Shown in pieces: positions 13,172-27,269 of a stretch of DNA of 64,000 nt (within the stretch, counting starts at the first letter, position 1; each line of letters starts with the position of its first letter). The position numbers were made by a program, and so were the translations under genes. This DNA comes from the human T2T-CHM13v2.0 reference genome, Homo sapiens. The stretch lies in assembly GCF_009914755.1 (NCBI RefSeq), contig NC_060926.1, one strand, 5' to 3'. The notes under the pieces were generated by a model, which ran no database searches, was not told where the DNA came from, and worked only from the letters and a program-made list of their open reading frames with translations.

Positions 13172-14849
13172 GTAAGAATTGGGCAGAATCCTTGTCCCAG
13201 CAAATAAAATGAAAGGATAGAGCCTCCCATCTTTGTTCTGTGATATGATAGTATGAAGTTTGTGGAAAAGAAGATTTCCTGCTTATGATGGGTCCATTGA
13301 TCATAACAGGCTCCTGAATGGGAGACAATGGTATCTCCCTTTATCTCACTGACAATAGAAAGAGGTGCGGGGAGAGGGGGAAGGACAGAGAAAGAGAGAG
13401 AGAGAGAGAGAGGCTCCCATCAGCCTGATGTGATGATATTTCACCCTGTGACTGTTTCCAGGTTGTAAGCTCTTCTGACAAAAGTCAAACAGAAGAACAA
13501 ATGACTAAGGCCTTTTCAGTCTAGTTCTTGTAAGCAACTGTATGAACTTTGCAATGTTATGCTTGTTCTAGGTCTTTGAATTAGACCCTTTACCATGCAC
13601 ACTTCTCACATCAAAGAAGACCATATATAAAGTAGTATTTTGCAGTATTATTATGACATGTCTGTGACTGTGTGATTAGCATTGTATCCACATTTTTGGC
13701 CCTCTTTACTTTTTCAGGCTTTTAAGATTTACTTAGAAAGGGAGAGAAGAAAGGATATACAGGGAGCTGGGGGTAAAAGTCAAGGGAGCAGTTGGGAAGA
13801 GACACAGGAAAGGGAGAAGAATGAGATGACTAGAGGATTCTCCTCCAATTTGCCAAGGTCATAGGGAAGCAGGAGTTGAAGTGTAAGCCTTGTAACTTGA
13901 TTTTTTGGCTAGCTGTGAACTACCTCTCAGGTAACACCCTTTTCCAGGTATTATCTAATGCCAACATTTGCTCAATTTCATTGCAGTCATCAATCCTTTG
14001 CTGAGAATAAACCCAACTTTGGAAGGAGAGTAGGAGGAGTTGTCAGATGGGAGAACAAACAGATCCCACTGGAAGCTTCAGCTTCTCCCTAAAAGCAGGA
14101 GTAGATAAGGACCCCTCACTGCCATTTTTACTGTCCTGCATCTGAGGTGGATTTCCAGAGTTTCTGAGATGCATCCAGATCCTGACAATTCGAGGCTCAT
14201 GGCCAGATTGGACCCAGCACACAAGCTTGCCTATCTCCTCTGCTGTCCCTCCCTCTGAAGATTAGAACCAGCCAGTGCCAGGTGTGCCAACCAAGATGTG
14301 TCCTTTCTTGGTGCTCTTGGGAGCTTCTTACACCCCAGGCTAGAGGGTGCCCCTTTGGTCCTTGGGGTGATCTGGTATCTCTCTTGCTTTTGGGATTCTG
14401 AGGGGTCCTGACCTCTCTGGGGCAAAATGGAGATTTCTAATCATGTGCTATCTGAATTTAACCTAAAAGTCAGTAAGCCACCACCCCAGCTGTTTCTTCA
14501 ATGAATCCCTAGGGAGACATGGAAGCAAACAAATTTGGGCTCCATAACTTTGACTAATAAAGGTCAAAAGTCAACTGAAACCAGACTTACAAGAAAGTGC
14601 TTCATCATAGGGGTGAGATTCAGGACTTCCATGACAAACTGTTAGGGGCTCTACAAAAACCATGAAACAAGAGCTTGTCCTGGGAACACAGGTTATACAT
14701 AAATAACCCATTATATATTATGAAACAGAAAGTTCTTCAGGTAAACAGACGGAAGCCAGTACGGTTGGCACAGTGTCTTTGTCCATCGCTTGGTATGGCA
14801 GGATTTATAGCGATTCCATCCTTGAGCATGGAGTGATAATGGAGCCCCA

Positions 14850-15040
14850 TGATAAATATGCAAGGCACAGTGCTAAGTGCCTTAGGTATATTTTCCCATT
14901 TAATCCTCGTAACAACCTTATGAAGTAGGTACTATTACAACTCTATTATGCAGAAAACACTTTGCTCAGAGAGGTTAAGTCATGTGTGCAGGCTTGGCTG
15001 GATGGAAGGTGGAGGAGCCTCCAGAGCTCATATTCTTACT
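14850..15040 (-). mobile_element. MIR SINE
   Basis: AGGCACAGTGCTAAGTGC...CATTTAATCCTCGTAACAACCTTATGAAGTAGGTACTATTA...CTCAGAGAGGTTAAGT. Confidence 0.85.
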
Positions 15041-15834
15041 GTTCTCCCCTTTAGAGGTTCTTTGCTACTACTGTGGGGGTGGAGGGGATGTTCCAAGGTG
15101 TTGAGCCTCATGGATTTTCCTACTACAGGTTAATGGATGTGAGAATAAAATCCTCCCTTTCATTTAGATTAACTGTGCCAACAAATTAATTGGGAGACCA
15201 CGAGGCTGAGAGACTCCAACTCTTAAAATGTGCTAGGTGAAATGAACAACTCCTTCTTGACTTCACTGTAGTTGCTTTAAATAGCAATGTTGAATCTTCA
15301 CGTGGGACTTTGAGTCATGGCTTTGGACCAACTTCCTCTTGAAAGTAAGTTGAGAAATCTACAATTCCTAGATAGATGAACAAACTAAATATCCCCTGTA
15401 CTCTGACAAACAAACAATCATTTACAAAACCAACAAAACTGCAGTAGGGTTTTCTCATTTTGTAGGGGAATATTTTAAGGACTGTTTCTCTACTTACCTT
15501 GAAAATTATGGGCATGTTCACCTGGGATTTGGGCAACAAGGTCCTCAGCGGCACCATCGCTGAATGACCAGACTTGATGGCAGGGCAGTTTGAAAGGTGA
15601 TGCAGGAAACAGCACAGTAGCGTGGAAAATCTGGCTCTGGCTGTGACACCAATCCATCCCATGACTTGAACTAGCCCCCATCACCTTCCCTCAGCTTGCT
15701 TCACTGGCTTGGGATGGGAAGAAGAACACCTGCCCTCCCACCTTGCTGATCATAGGCGTTCCTGGAGAACATGTCAAATAATGAAGGTCCACATGCAACT
15801 TGTATATTGTGTGACTCATTTTGCTCATTGTAAA

Positions 15835-16965
15835 TACTTGACTCACACTTTCTAGATGCCAGGTACTGTGCTTTATTTTAACTCATTTAATTCTTACAAC
15901 AGTCCCACAAGGAGAGATTACTTTTATCTGGATTTTGCAGATGAGAAGATGAAGGCACATAGGAAGCAATTTGCTCAGGGTCACTTACAAATAGCACATT
16001 GTGTGATATTGTAATACAATGAGAAATATATTTTTAGTCTTTGTCTCTAGTTCCTGAAAGAGAGCTCCTGAAACTCTTGTGCTTTCCTGAGTGATAGGGG
16101 TGAAAGGAGCATCTTTTGTTATTCATGATAAGCCATTTTCAAACATACCTGAGTTATATAATGCTAATAATGCTAATAAGGTAACTCTTGGTGAGCCTCA
16201 AGATAATCTCGGAATGGGGGCTGGTTGCTAGAGGAACCAATCACTTGATTAGAGAATTGGAATTTTCAGTCCCTCACCCTGACTTCTGGAGAGGGAGAGG
16301 GATGGAGATTGAATTCAATCACCAATGGCCAATGATTTAATCAACCATGCCTGTGTCATGGAACACAGGAAACCTAAACAACATAAAAATCCTTAACAAC
16401 AGGGTTTGGTGAGCTTCTGGATTGGTGAACACATTGAGGTGGTAGAAGGCTAGAGTTCAGGAGATGACATGGGAAGACATGGAAGCTTTGTGTCCCTTCC
16501 CATATACCTTGCTCTCTGCATCTCTTCCATTTGGCTCCTCCTGAGTTGTATCCTTTTGTAAAAAACCAGTATTAGTCACTAAACTGCTTTCCTGAATCCT
16601 ATGAGCTGTTCTTTCAATTTATCAAACCTGAGAAGGGTTCAAAAAAACCCCCAGCTTATAGCTGGTTGGTCAGAAGTATGGGAAGCTTGGGACTTGTGAT
16701 TAGCATCTGATATGGGGGCTGTCTTATGGGACTGAGGCCTTGTGGGATCTGATGCTAACTCCACATAGATAGCATTAGAAAATGGAATTAAATTGTAGGA
16801 TTGAATTAAATTGTAGTTGGTGTCTGGGGAGTTGAAAATTAGTTGTTGGTGTGGAAAAACCCACACACTTGGCGTCAGAAGTGTTGTGAGTATAAACAGA
16901 TTGTAGTAACATGGTACAGCCAGACTAAAACCCAGGCTGTCTGAACACAGTATGTTTCTAATAAC
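15835..16965 (-). mobile_element. MIR SINE split by a MER21 LTR
   Basis: CTCATTTAATTCTTACAACAG...TTTTGCAGATGAGAAGATGAAGGC up to ~15995; resumes AAACCCAGGCTGTCTG after 16910. Confidence 0.7.
16002..16910 (+). mobile_element. ERVL solo LTR (MER21C-like)
   Basis: TGTGATATTGT start; CCAATGGCCAATGATTTAATCAA, GAGCTTCTGGATTGGTGAACACA, GCTGGTTGGTCAGAAGT; ends ...TAACA. Confidence 0.85.
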
Positions 16966-17579
16966 TGCTGTAGTCCTCTATCTGACCTCCTTCAAAGTGT
17001 ATTCAGTTTTGACGTATCTTTTTTCTTCCGGTGGTAGTGAGGGTTCTAATATTTCTGAATAAAGAGGTAATATGTTTGTGCAGCCTGAAGGAGGCCAGAA
17101 CTACAGCTTAACTGTTGTGAGACCCTGTGGACTTCAGATTTCAGAATCTTGCCTTGTGGAAGATCATGGTTCAGTTTGAGGACTCTGATGTTTTTATTTT
17201 ATTAGGTATTCCAAATGCACTACTGTTTTTTTCCCCTAGAGAATATTAAATTGTGTCCATATTGTATTTTTATAAATTGTAAAATTACTTCTGTAGCCAC
17301 ATCATTCATTTATATCATTAATATGTGACTTACAGTTGAGTTAGTGCCTCCTTGACAACAGTGATTATTGGCGTGCCTCTCAACATCCAGCAGAATGTGG
17401 GAATGTAAGTTACTCAGCACAAATCTTTTGATTTTATTTGTTTTTATTAATTTAAAAAATTACAACAACCTGCGTTCAGTGTGGAACAAATAAAATAATG
17501 CCAAAATGCCAACAAAAAGAAAGATAAAACCTCCTATAATCACACCACTCTGTGATAGTTATATAAAAGCAATATCTGT

Positions 17580-18060
17580 AGAGTTTTGTTTATAAAAGGC
17601 TGTGATTCAAGAATTTTATACCCAGCCAGGTTGTCTTTTATGTGTGAAAGTGACAGAAATATATTCTCTGTAGACCACGTTTCAAAAAAATTATATGATA
17701 GGCAATTTTCCTGGGCAAGATTTAACATGAATCTCTGTTGAAAAAATGCTTGAAGATAAATTCCAGGTGACCAAGGATGATAGATGCTAGAGTGAAGGAT
17801 TAAAATAGGAAAGCTAGAGTATAAAAAAGGTTGGGAGTAAACACTGAAGCCAGTTAATGTATATTTATTTATATATCTAGATAATTATAAATATTAGAGA
17901 CTATATATAAATGCTTTAATTTCTCTTTATTAAAATAAAAGCAAATATAAAAATATCACCTAGAAGATAATATAGTACAATAATAATTATGTGGTAATCT
18001 GAATCTATACCTCCAGCTAGCATCATCAAAATCTAAGATGGAAGCTCTGGGAATGGGTAG
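17580..18060 (+). mobile_element. Ancient L1 ORF1 / HAL1-like fossil
   Basis: From 17601 translates CDSRILYPARLSFMCESDRNIFS, matching the L1 ORF1p motif PRILYPAKLSF. Confidence 0.75.
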
Positions 18061-19062
18061 GGTGAAGGAATGGGTGGAAACAGTATGAGTGGAAATGAGG
18101 GCTGGGATGGATTTCAAGGCATCTGACTTGGACTACTAATCATTTGAAACTGGGGTTTGTTTATGCCCTGAAAATGAAATGTTATTAGTCAAGTGAGGAT
18201 GATTATTATTTTAGGTAATGCTATTCCTTAAAATATTTAGCTAAGTGACTTCATGGCTTTTAGGCAATTACATAATTTCTGCATTTTGTTTGTTTTTGAG
18301 CCTGGTTGTCTCTGAGTTCCTGTTTTGGTGCTAATCTTCAGTGTGTGTTTCTGAAAGTAACCATGATGACAGGAAGCATATTTTTCTGTATGCCTATGAC
18401 TGGTGTCTGACTACCCTACTGGTACTAGAGATTAAAAGACACTTTCCTGTAATTAATATTTTCCCCTGTGTTTTGTCTGAAAGTCGTTAAGTTGAAGCTG
18501 GAATTATAGATGTGTGTACATCTCTCTTTAAGGAAACACACAAAACAAATGGGAATTTACCAAATGATATCATTCTCCACTGACTGGATTTATATATGAC
18601 ACTTCTTGAATGTACTTTTCTCATAATGTGGGGGCACACCTGCATTGGAAATAGCTTCTTTGAGAAATGTTAGATGTTGCAATTTGGTAATATCTTAAGT
18701 GTGAATTTGTGTGTGTGTGGGGGGGCGGGGGGGAAGGGAGGATAAGGAAGGATTCACAGTGTTCAGAAGAGGACTGATGAGGCTCCCTCCATGAGCAGGC
18801 TAGTAGCGCAAAGCCTAATCAACACTTCTGTGAGGAAGTTAGCAGCATTCCTTCTGACCTGACTGCTTCCGCTTCTGGTGGTGGCAGCGCTGTCAAGCCT
18901 CATTACTGGAAAGTTCATCTTGTTAAATTTCCACTTAGAGCAGGGGATGTGTTAGAAGATAGCTCAGACTCTGTGGCCATTATGACATCAAACTCAGACA
19001 GTGACATTCCAAGTGGTAGTCAAGGAGTTTTGTTTCTAGCTTCATTGAAAAATGTGAACATT

Positions 19063-19911
<849 letters not shown>

Positions 19912-20369
19912 ACATAGGAAGCGAGTGTGTATGGTCAGCATGGAATCGGGAATGGCCAGAGTCTGATGTTATTAATATTCAGCATGAGATTAATTTATAT
20001 TGAACCTAATAATATCTTAATACATTTGTAAAAATAAATCAGCCTCTTTGGTTACCTTCCTTGGCCACTGGCCATGCCTTAGTAGGATTATCTACTATTA
20101 ACATCTGGGTTCCTTATTCCAGTCTGGCCCATCTGCCTAACGTCCTGGCATCCTCCCTGCCTTGCAAGGGTCATCCCTCACTCTGTTTGTGAAACCCATA
20201 GCTGCATGGCACAGGCGGTAAGGGTGTGGTGAGACCTTACCAGGGCATGCTTCTCAACACCAGGAAGTACTTTTCTGATGTCATTGTTCTAGACATGCTG
20301 ACACAGGCCCTACATAAGCAGAGAGGGCCCCCACCTTCCTCTCTGGTGAACGTCTATTGCTTCTCTGTA

Positions 20370-20620
20370 TAGTGTTGTTGGTTGAAAGAGTGGTTTTAGG
20401 AGATAGACTGTCTAGGTCCAAATCTCGTCTCTGTCATTAGCAAAGAATGAGACCCTGAGCAAGGGACTTAACTTCACTATGCCTCAGTTTCCTCATCTGT
20501 GGATATAATAATAACACCTTCCTGTTAGAGTTGTTGTGATGATTAAGTGAGTTAATACATGAAAAGTGCTTAGAATAGTGCCTGGTGAGTGGAAAGTGAT
20601 TAAAAAACATCAGCTATGAT
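20370..20620 (+). mobile_element. MIR SINE
   Basis: ACTTAACTTCACTATGCCTCAGTTTCCTCATCTGT...AAAGTGCTTAGAATAGTGCCTGG. Confidence 0.9.
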
Positions 20621-20624
20621 CACT

Positions 20625-20876
20625 CTACTTCAAGACTCAGTTCAAATGTAACTGAAACTTCCCTAAACTTGCTTCTTTTCTGGGTGCCTTCAGCACTCTG
20701 CAAATGTCTCTGTTATAACACTTATCATGGTATATAATAATTGTTAATTTACCCATTCTTCTCTCTCGTTAGACTGTGATTACTCAAGGGCAATGTACTG
20801 CTCACCATTTACTCTAGTCCTTGACAGAGTGTCTGACATAGAAAATACATTACCAAATGTTTTCTGAATTGATGGG
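20625..20876 (+). mobile_element. L2 3' end
   Basis: CTTCAAGACTCAGTTCAAATGT...TTAGACTGTGA...AAATGTTTTCTGAATTGA. Confidence 0.7.
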
Positions 20877-20885
20877 CAGAGCCAG

Positions 20886-21248
20886 GGTGGTAGAAATTGC
20901 TACAATTCACCAATATACAGTTCTTTTGTCCTTCCTGTGCACAAAGCAAAGCTATGTTTCCCAGCTCCCTATGCATCTAGATGAACCACATAACTGAGTT
21001 CTGGAATGTGAGCAGAAATGATGTGTGCCACTTTTCAGGCTTGTCATAAACTCAATGCACAACCTTCCATGAGCTCCTTCTCTCCCTTTCATTCAATTGG
21101 CTGGATATGGTAGCATTTTAAGATAGAACGAGCCCAAATCTCTGAGTCACCGCTTGGAAGAGAGGGACCTAGACTTTAAAATTGTGTCAAGCTTTTGAAA
21201 TCTGAACCTGTTTGTTATAGCAGTGAGTGTATTTACCTGGCTAATAAA
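20886..21248 (+). mobile_element. MaLR solo LTR (MLT1I/J-like)
   Basis: TTTCCCAGCTCCC...GAATGTGAGCAGAAATGATGTGTGCCACTT...TGTTTGTTATAGCAG. Confidence 0.7.
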
Positions 21249-22137
21249 ACAAGAATCTGGACACAACATTTTTTTCTGCAGGTTTCATGGCATGATATGG
21301 CTCAATCCACAGACAAAGGCTGCTGAGCCCAGAACAACTTATTGGACCAGCCCCTATGAGAAGCAGAAATGTATAGAAGCAAACTGAACCCAAGGAAAGA
21401 TTGGTGATACTTTGGGAGGGATGACAGAGGAAGGGGAAACACACTGTCCATCCCTGTCCCAGCAAGGAGCCAGCTCCCATTCGGCAGTCCCTCTGAACAT
21501 CTAGGTAGCTTCCCCCTTCTTTCTGTCCAGTTGTGAGCAGCCACCAACTATGATGCCCCTCTTCCAGCAGGCTTTGCTTTCACATCACAAAGCATCATCC
21601 TGAGAAACAATTACAGTTCTTTTTAGAGTTCTGGTTCCTTCATAGGTACCTATTGTCCTAATAAATGGAATTCCTTGGAACACAAAAGCATTTATTTCCT
21701 CTTTTAGCTAATTTAATTTTTACAGCTCTGGTGAAAAAATATTTTATGTTTTTACTCAATGTGATTTTAAGATAGCTTATTCTTGGATTCAATTTTGTTT
21801 TCATTTTCTAGAAAATCAATTTAATTCACAGAAGGTTCATTCATTTAGTGGCTTTCCTTGCACATGGTTAATGCTTAAGCATTTGATCAAGCATTCCTCT
21901 TAGCAATATCTTTACAAGGTTCAACCGGAGAAGGTGTTAGATGGGGGAAATCCTCTACATTTGGGCAAAGCCTCTTTCCTCTGGACTAATTGAAATGGAA
22001 AATCAGTCTGAATTGGTGAAATTGAATTGCAAACTATTTTTCAAGGAGATTCCTGTGTGATTTCAAGTTGCTCAAACTAAACTTAGAAAAGGGCACACTA
22101 ACAAAGCTTTTTAAGTTATCTCCATCTAGCTTCCTAG

Positions 22138-22759
22138 TGAAGAGGCTACATTGTCTGGGTAAATACCTGGGGTTCGTCATCTCATGCCAAGAAAATTTAG
22201 GACACGGACCCACATGAGGAGTTTAGGAACGGAGATTTAATAGGCGAAAGAAAAGGAAAGGAAAACAGCTCGCTCTCTAGAGTGACAGAGAGGAGACTTC
22301 TGAGAGGAAAAGGCCAGCTGGCGGCAGATGAGCCAGGTTTTATAGTCCGGCTTGAGGAGGCGTCGTCTGATTTATGTGGGGCTCACACATTGGTTCAATC
22401 AGGTGTGACGTTTACAAAGCATGTGGGTAAGGCTGGTCACCCCACCCTAATCTTACTATGCAAATGAACATTCCCCTTGGCTGGCGGCTTCATTTTGTCT
22501 GCTCCTTAATGTACACGTGGCTGGCCAAGAAGGGAAGATGGAGCCGCCATTTTCTAGCTGCCATGTCTAGTCCCAGGTAGTTCTTTCCTGCCGGCATTCA
22601 CCGTGAAAGCTCCCAGCGTGCTTGTCTATGTCTGCAGCTCAACTTCACAGGCTGCTCTTTGTTAGAAAATGATTTGGGGCAGCTTTTCATTAAAAGAAAA
22701 ACGTTACCAAGGACTTCTGGACTATCTGCCTAAGTAATTTCTTCTTAACTCCTGTATCA
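22138..22759 (-). mobile_element. ERV1 solo LTR (LTR9/MER61-like, HUERS-P3 group)
   Basis: TG...CA termini, 4-bp TSD CTAG (22134-22137, 22760-22763), minus-strand TATA (CTATAAAA) and ATTAAA, retained CpGs. Confidence 0.85.
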
Positions 22760-22998
22760 CTAGTAGTTAGAATCTATATTTGTACCTATATATATCTTAC
22801 AAAATTCTCTTGGGTTCTTGAAAACTCTTTGCTCTCAAGTCCTTTAAACATTCCTCTTGTACTTTCGTTTACTAAATTATGAAGAAAGACTATTAGCAAA
22901 AGGAAGTCCCTGTCTGTATAATTGTAATTTGTGAATTATAGGCTTTTTTATTTAAAGTCGGGTGACAATTCATGCTTGGAAAGAAATTTGTTGACTAA

Positions 22999-23324
<326 letters not shown>

Positions 23325-23674
23325 TAGTGTTATAACTAAGGGATTTTTGGATTGAATGATAGGTGTTTTTGATTTGTTGGTGTGGCTTTGGAAAGGAACA
23401 CTGGCACTTCTGAAGATATCAGTTCTTCCCTGGAAAGCGAAGTCAGAGATATCTATAAGGCAAAACTTGTGCTTTTCAGTGTCAGACATTGCTCCTTTAT
23501 GTTTAGGGCACTGCTTGTGCTATAGCACAGAGGAGGCATATTGTGGAATGACATGTTTCTCTGAAGTGAACTTTAAAGTTCAATGAATAGATTTTACTTA
23601 CACATAGGAAAGTATATGGTGGTCATGTAAAATGGAAATATGCCACTCTTGATGTTTTCTTCTTTGTGTTACAG

Positions 23675-23716
23675 ATCTATGCCTTGATAGGTCTTCAGTT
23701 ACTCATGGTGAAACAT
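23675..23716 (+). other. Candidate small non-coding exon (42 nt)
   Basis: Acceptor TTTTCTTCTTTGTGTTACAG|, donor CAT|GTAAGC. Confidence 0.2.
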
Positions 23717-23785
23717 GTAAGCCTTGAAAAACTTTTTGGTGAGCTCATAGGTTATCTATAAGATGGTTTATGGCCATCTGTCTTA

Positions 23786-23917
23786 TAGGGTAACAACATA
23801 ATTTATCCTCCAAGTTTGGACACTTTTGAGAGTAAAAAGGGGAGTTATTAATCATTATGTCAAGGAAATAAGCAAAAATGGGACTTTTCTAAGCAACTTA
23901 GACATATGGTCATTCTA
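23786..23917. mobile_element. MER94-like hAT-Blackjack MITE
   Basis: TAGGGTAACAACATAATTTATCCTCCAA...GGACACTTTTGAGAGT...ATATGGTCATTCTA (degenerate TAGGGTGACC TIRs). Confidence 0.8.
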
Positions 23918-23970
23918 CTTATGAGAAATATGTGTCTTTTATAGGTTAGATATTAGGTCCCATAAGAGCA

Positions 23971-24430
23971 TGTGGCCAAGATGGCCAGCTCCACCAAAGA
24001 TTCATACTTCCCCTTCCATAGTATGGAGTTGTGCTGGGAAGCAGTTTTCCCACCAGGGACAACATCTTCTAGTCCTTTTACATCTAAGTAGTACCATGAG
24101 ACTGGATCATGCCAAAGAAATGTTTTGGAAGTGAGATGTTTCACTTTGGAACCAAGGAACTGAAAAAACAGGTATGCCTCCACCTTCCTCACCTTCCCCT
24201 CCACTCATCTCTATCTCCATCTGTAGGCTGAATGTAGACGTCTCCAGGACCCTAATGGAGGGAAGACCTACAAGATAGAATGATTCCGGGTCCCAAATGA
24301 CCATGTGAAAGGCTGCCCGCTGGTCAGAAACATCCATATTGCAGTCTTTAGGGCACACAAAATTAAAATATATTAAGCCTCTTAGGTTGTCACATTTGTT
24401 ATAGCAGCTAACATTACCATAGCTAATACT
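23971..24430 (+). mobile_element. MaLR solo LTR (MLT1H/I/J-like)
   Basis: TGTGG start; ACAAGATAGAATGATTCCGGGTCCC; ends TTTGTTATAGCAGCTAAC...CTAATAC. Confidence 0.75.
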
Positions 24431-24802
24431 GAATACTTTAATTCAATACATCCAACCACTACTGAGAATCTACTATCTTTCCATTGGGAATACAAAGACA
24501 TGTAAGATCTGGTCACTGTCCTCAAGAAGCTTAGAGTCTGGGGGAAGTACAGATGTATATATGTTATGGTAATTAAAAGTTCTGAATAAAAGGAGATGAA
24601 TTTTGAATGCTGATTTGAGTTGTCTGCAGCATATTCAAATGGCACTGTCTTCTATGTAGATAGAGGGAGCCCAAGCCAAGAAGAGAGGTCTGGTATCAAA
24701 GATTTGCTGAATTCACAATTGAAGAGGCTTATGTCAGTCCCTTAGAAAGAATTTGAGGACTCCTCGGAAAGTAAGAAAACTTCCCTCCACATTCCTAAGG
24801 AT

Positions 24803-26558
24803 TTTTTATTTATTTTTATTTAAAAATGTTTTTTCTTACTTTATTTTTTTTTAAACTTTTAAGTTTGGGGTACATGTGCAGGTTCGTTACATAGGTAAAC
24901 CTGTGTCATGGGGTTTGTTGTGCAGATTATTTTATCACCCAGGTATTAAGCCTAGTACCCATTAGTTATTTCTCCTGATCCTCTTCCTTCTCCCACCCTC
25001 CACCCTCCTATAGGCCCCAGTGTGTGTTGTTTCCCTCTATGTGTACATGTGTTCTCATCATTTATTTAGTTCCCACTTATAAGTGAAAACATGCGGTATT
25101 TGGTTTTCTGTTCCTGTGTTAGTTTGCTAAGGATAATCGCCTCCAGCTCCATCCATGTCCTGCAAAAAAAACATGATCTCATTCTTTTTAATGGCTGCCT
25201 GGTATTCTGTGGTGTGTTTTTACCACATTTTTAATGGCTGCCTAGTATTCTGTGGTGTGCGTTTACCACATTTTCTTTATCCAGTCTATCACTGATGGGC
25301 ATTTAGGTTGATTCCATGTCTTTGCGATTGTGAATAGTGCTGCGATGAACATGTGGGCATGTGTCTTTATGGTAGAATGATTTATATTCCTTTGAGTGTA
25401 TACCCAGTAATGGGATTGCTAGGTTGAATGGCATTTCTGTCTTTAGGTCTTTGAGGAATTGCCATACTGTCTCCCAAATAGTTGAACTAATTTACACTCC
25501 TACTACTACGGGACATAAACATTCCTTTTTCTCCACAACCACACCAATGTCTGTGTTTTTAAATTTTTTTTTTTAATAATAGCTATTCTGACTGGTGTTA
25601 GATGGGATCTCATTATGGTTTTGATTTGCATTTCTCAAATGATAATTGCTGTTGAGCTTTTTTTCTTATGATTGTTGGCTGCATGTATGTCTTCTTTTGA
25701 AAACTGTTCATGTCCTTTGTCCACTTTTTAAAGGGGTTGTTTGTTTTTTTCTTGTAAATTTGTTTAAGTTCCTTACAGATGCTGGATATTAGACCTTTGT
25801 CAGATGCATAGTTTGCAAAAATTTTCTCCCTTTCTGTAGGTTGTCTGTTTACTCTGTTGATAGTTTCTTTTGCTGTGCAGAAGCTCTTTAGTTTAATTAG
25901 ATCCCATTGATCAATTTTTGCTTTTGTTGCAATTGCTTTTGTTGTCTTTGTCATGAAATCTTTGCCTGTGCCTGTGTCCTGAATGGTATTGCCTAGGTTG
26001 TCTTCCAGGGTTTTTATAGTTTTAGGTTTTACATTTAAGTCTTTAACTCATCTTGTGTTAGTTTTTGTATATGGTGTAGGGAAGAGGTCCAGTTTTAATC
26101 TTCTGCATATGGCTAGCCAGGTAAGTATTCCAGCACCATCTATTGAATAGGGAATCCTTTCCCCATTGCTTGTTTTTGTCAAGCTGTCAAAGATCAGATA
26201 GTTGTAGGTGGGCAGTCTTATTTCCAGGTTCTCTATTCTGTTCCATTGGTCTATATGTCTGTTCTTTTATCAGTACCATGCTGTTTTGGTTACTGGAGAC
26301 CTGTAGTGTAGTTTGAAATCAGGTAGTGTGATGTCTGCAGCTTTGTTCTTTTTGCTTAGGATTGCCTTGGCTATTTAGGCTCTGTTTTGGTTCCATGTGA
26401 ACTTTAAAAATAGTTTTATCTTGTTATGTGAAGAATGTCAATGGCAGTTTAATGGGAATAACATTGAATCTATAAATTGCTTTGGGCAGTATGGCCACTT
26501 TAACGATATTGATTCTTCCTGTCCATGAGCATGGAATGTTTTTCCATTTGTTTGTATG
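24803..26558 (-). mobile_element. 5'-truncated older L1PA (about L1PA13): 3' ORF2 and 3'UTR
   Basis: ORF 25613-25954 encodes L1 ORF2 sequence ([26 protein letters not shown]); older L1PA 3'UTR; T-rich tail. Confidence 0.95.
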
Positions 26559-27224
26559 ATAAAGATGCTTTTAGATGCAGCTGCACTGTACCCTATTAGG
26601 GCTCACTCCACCAGTGGGATTTGTGCTCTGAAGATCTCTTGGCCACTGACTTCATATTGCGAAGGAAATGTATCTCTAGATCCTTTTTGTAGTTTACACA
26701 TTACTTTCATGAACATTGCTTAGTTTGAATCTCATATTCACCCTGTGGTGTTGACAGGGGAGTTCCCTTTCCCACTGAATGTCCCCAGGTCTTGGCCACC
26801 GTCAAGTAGGGGACATATTTAATATGACCTAATGGCTCAATTCTGAAGGCACTCAGCCCATTCTTCACCTAACTGTGGGACCTCTTGAGCTCTCTTTGGG
26901 ATTCCTCTATTGTTTCTGGGGTCCCCCAGGGATGCCTCACTTGGGCTCAGGAGCCAGGACTCACATATTCTGTCACATTGTGCTGGCAAATAGTTTTCCA
27001 CCCATATTCAGGCTGATGATGGGGCTGCTCCCAGTGAGATTAAAGGAACCTTCTACTCTTCTGTTCCTTCTGTCAGACCCATGTTCGCCAACTCCTACTT
27101 TTCTAGCGAAGGAACATCTATCGACACCTGCGAATAGATGTCTGGAGGCATGGGTGTCACCCCCACACTAGATGTGTCAAGCCTTAGTTTTGAAGGTACT
27201 AGTTTACCCTTGTATGTACACATA

Positions 27225-27226
<2 letters not shown>

Positions 27227-27267
<41 letters not shown>
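27227..27267. repeat. (CA)n microsatellite
   Basis: About 20 CA units. Confidence 0.98.
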
Positions 27268-27269
<2 letters not shown>

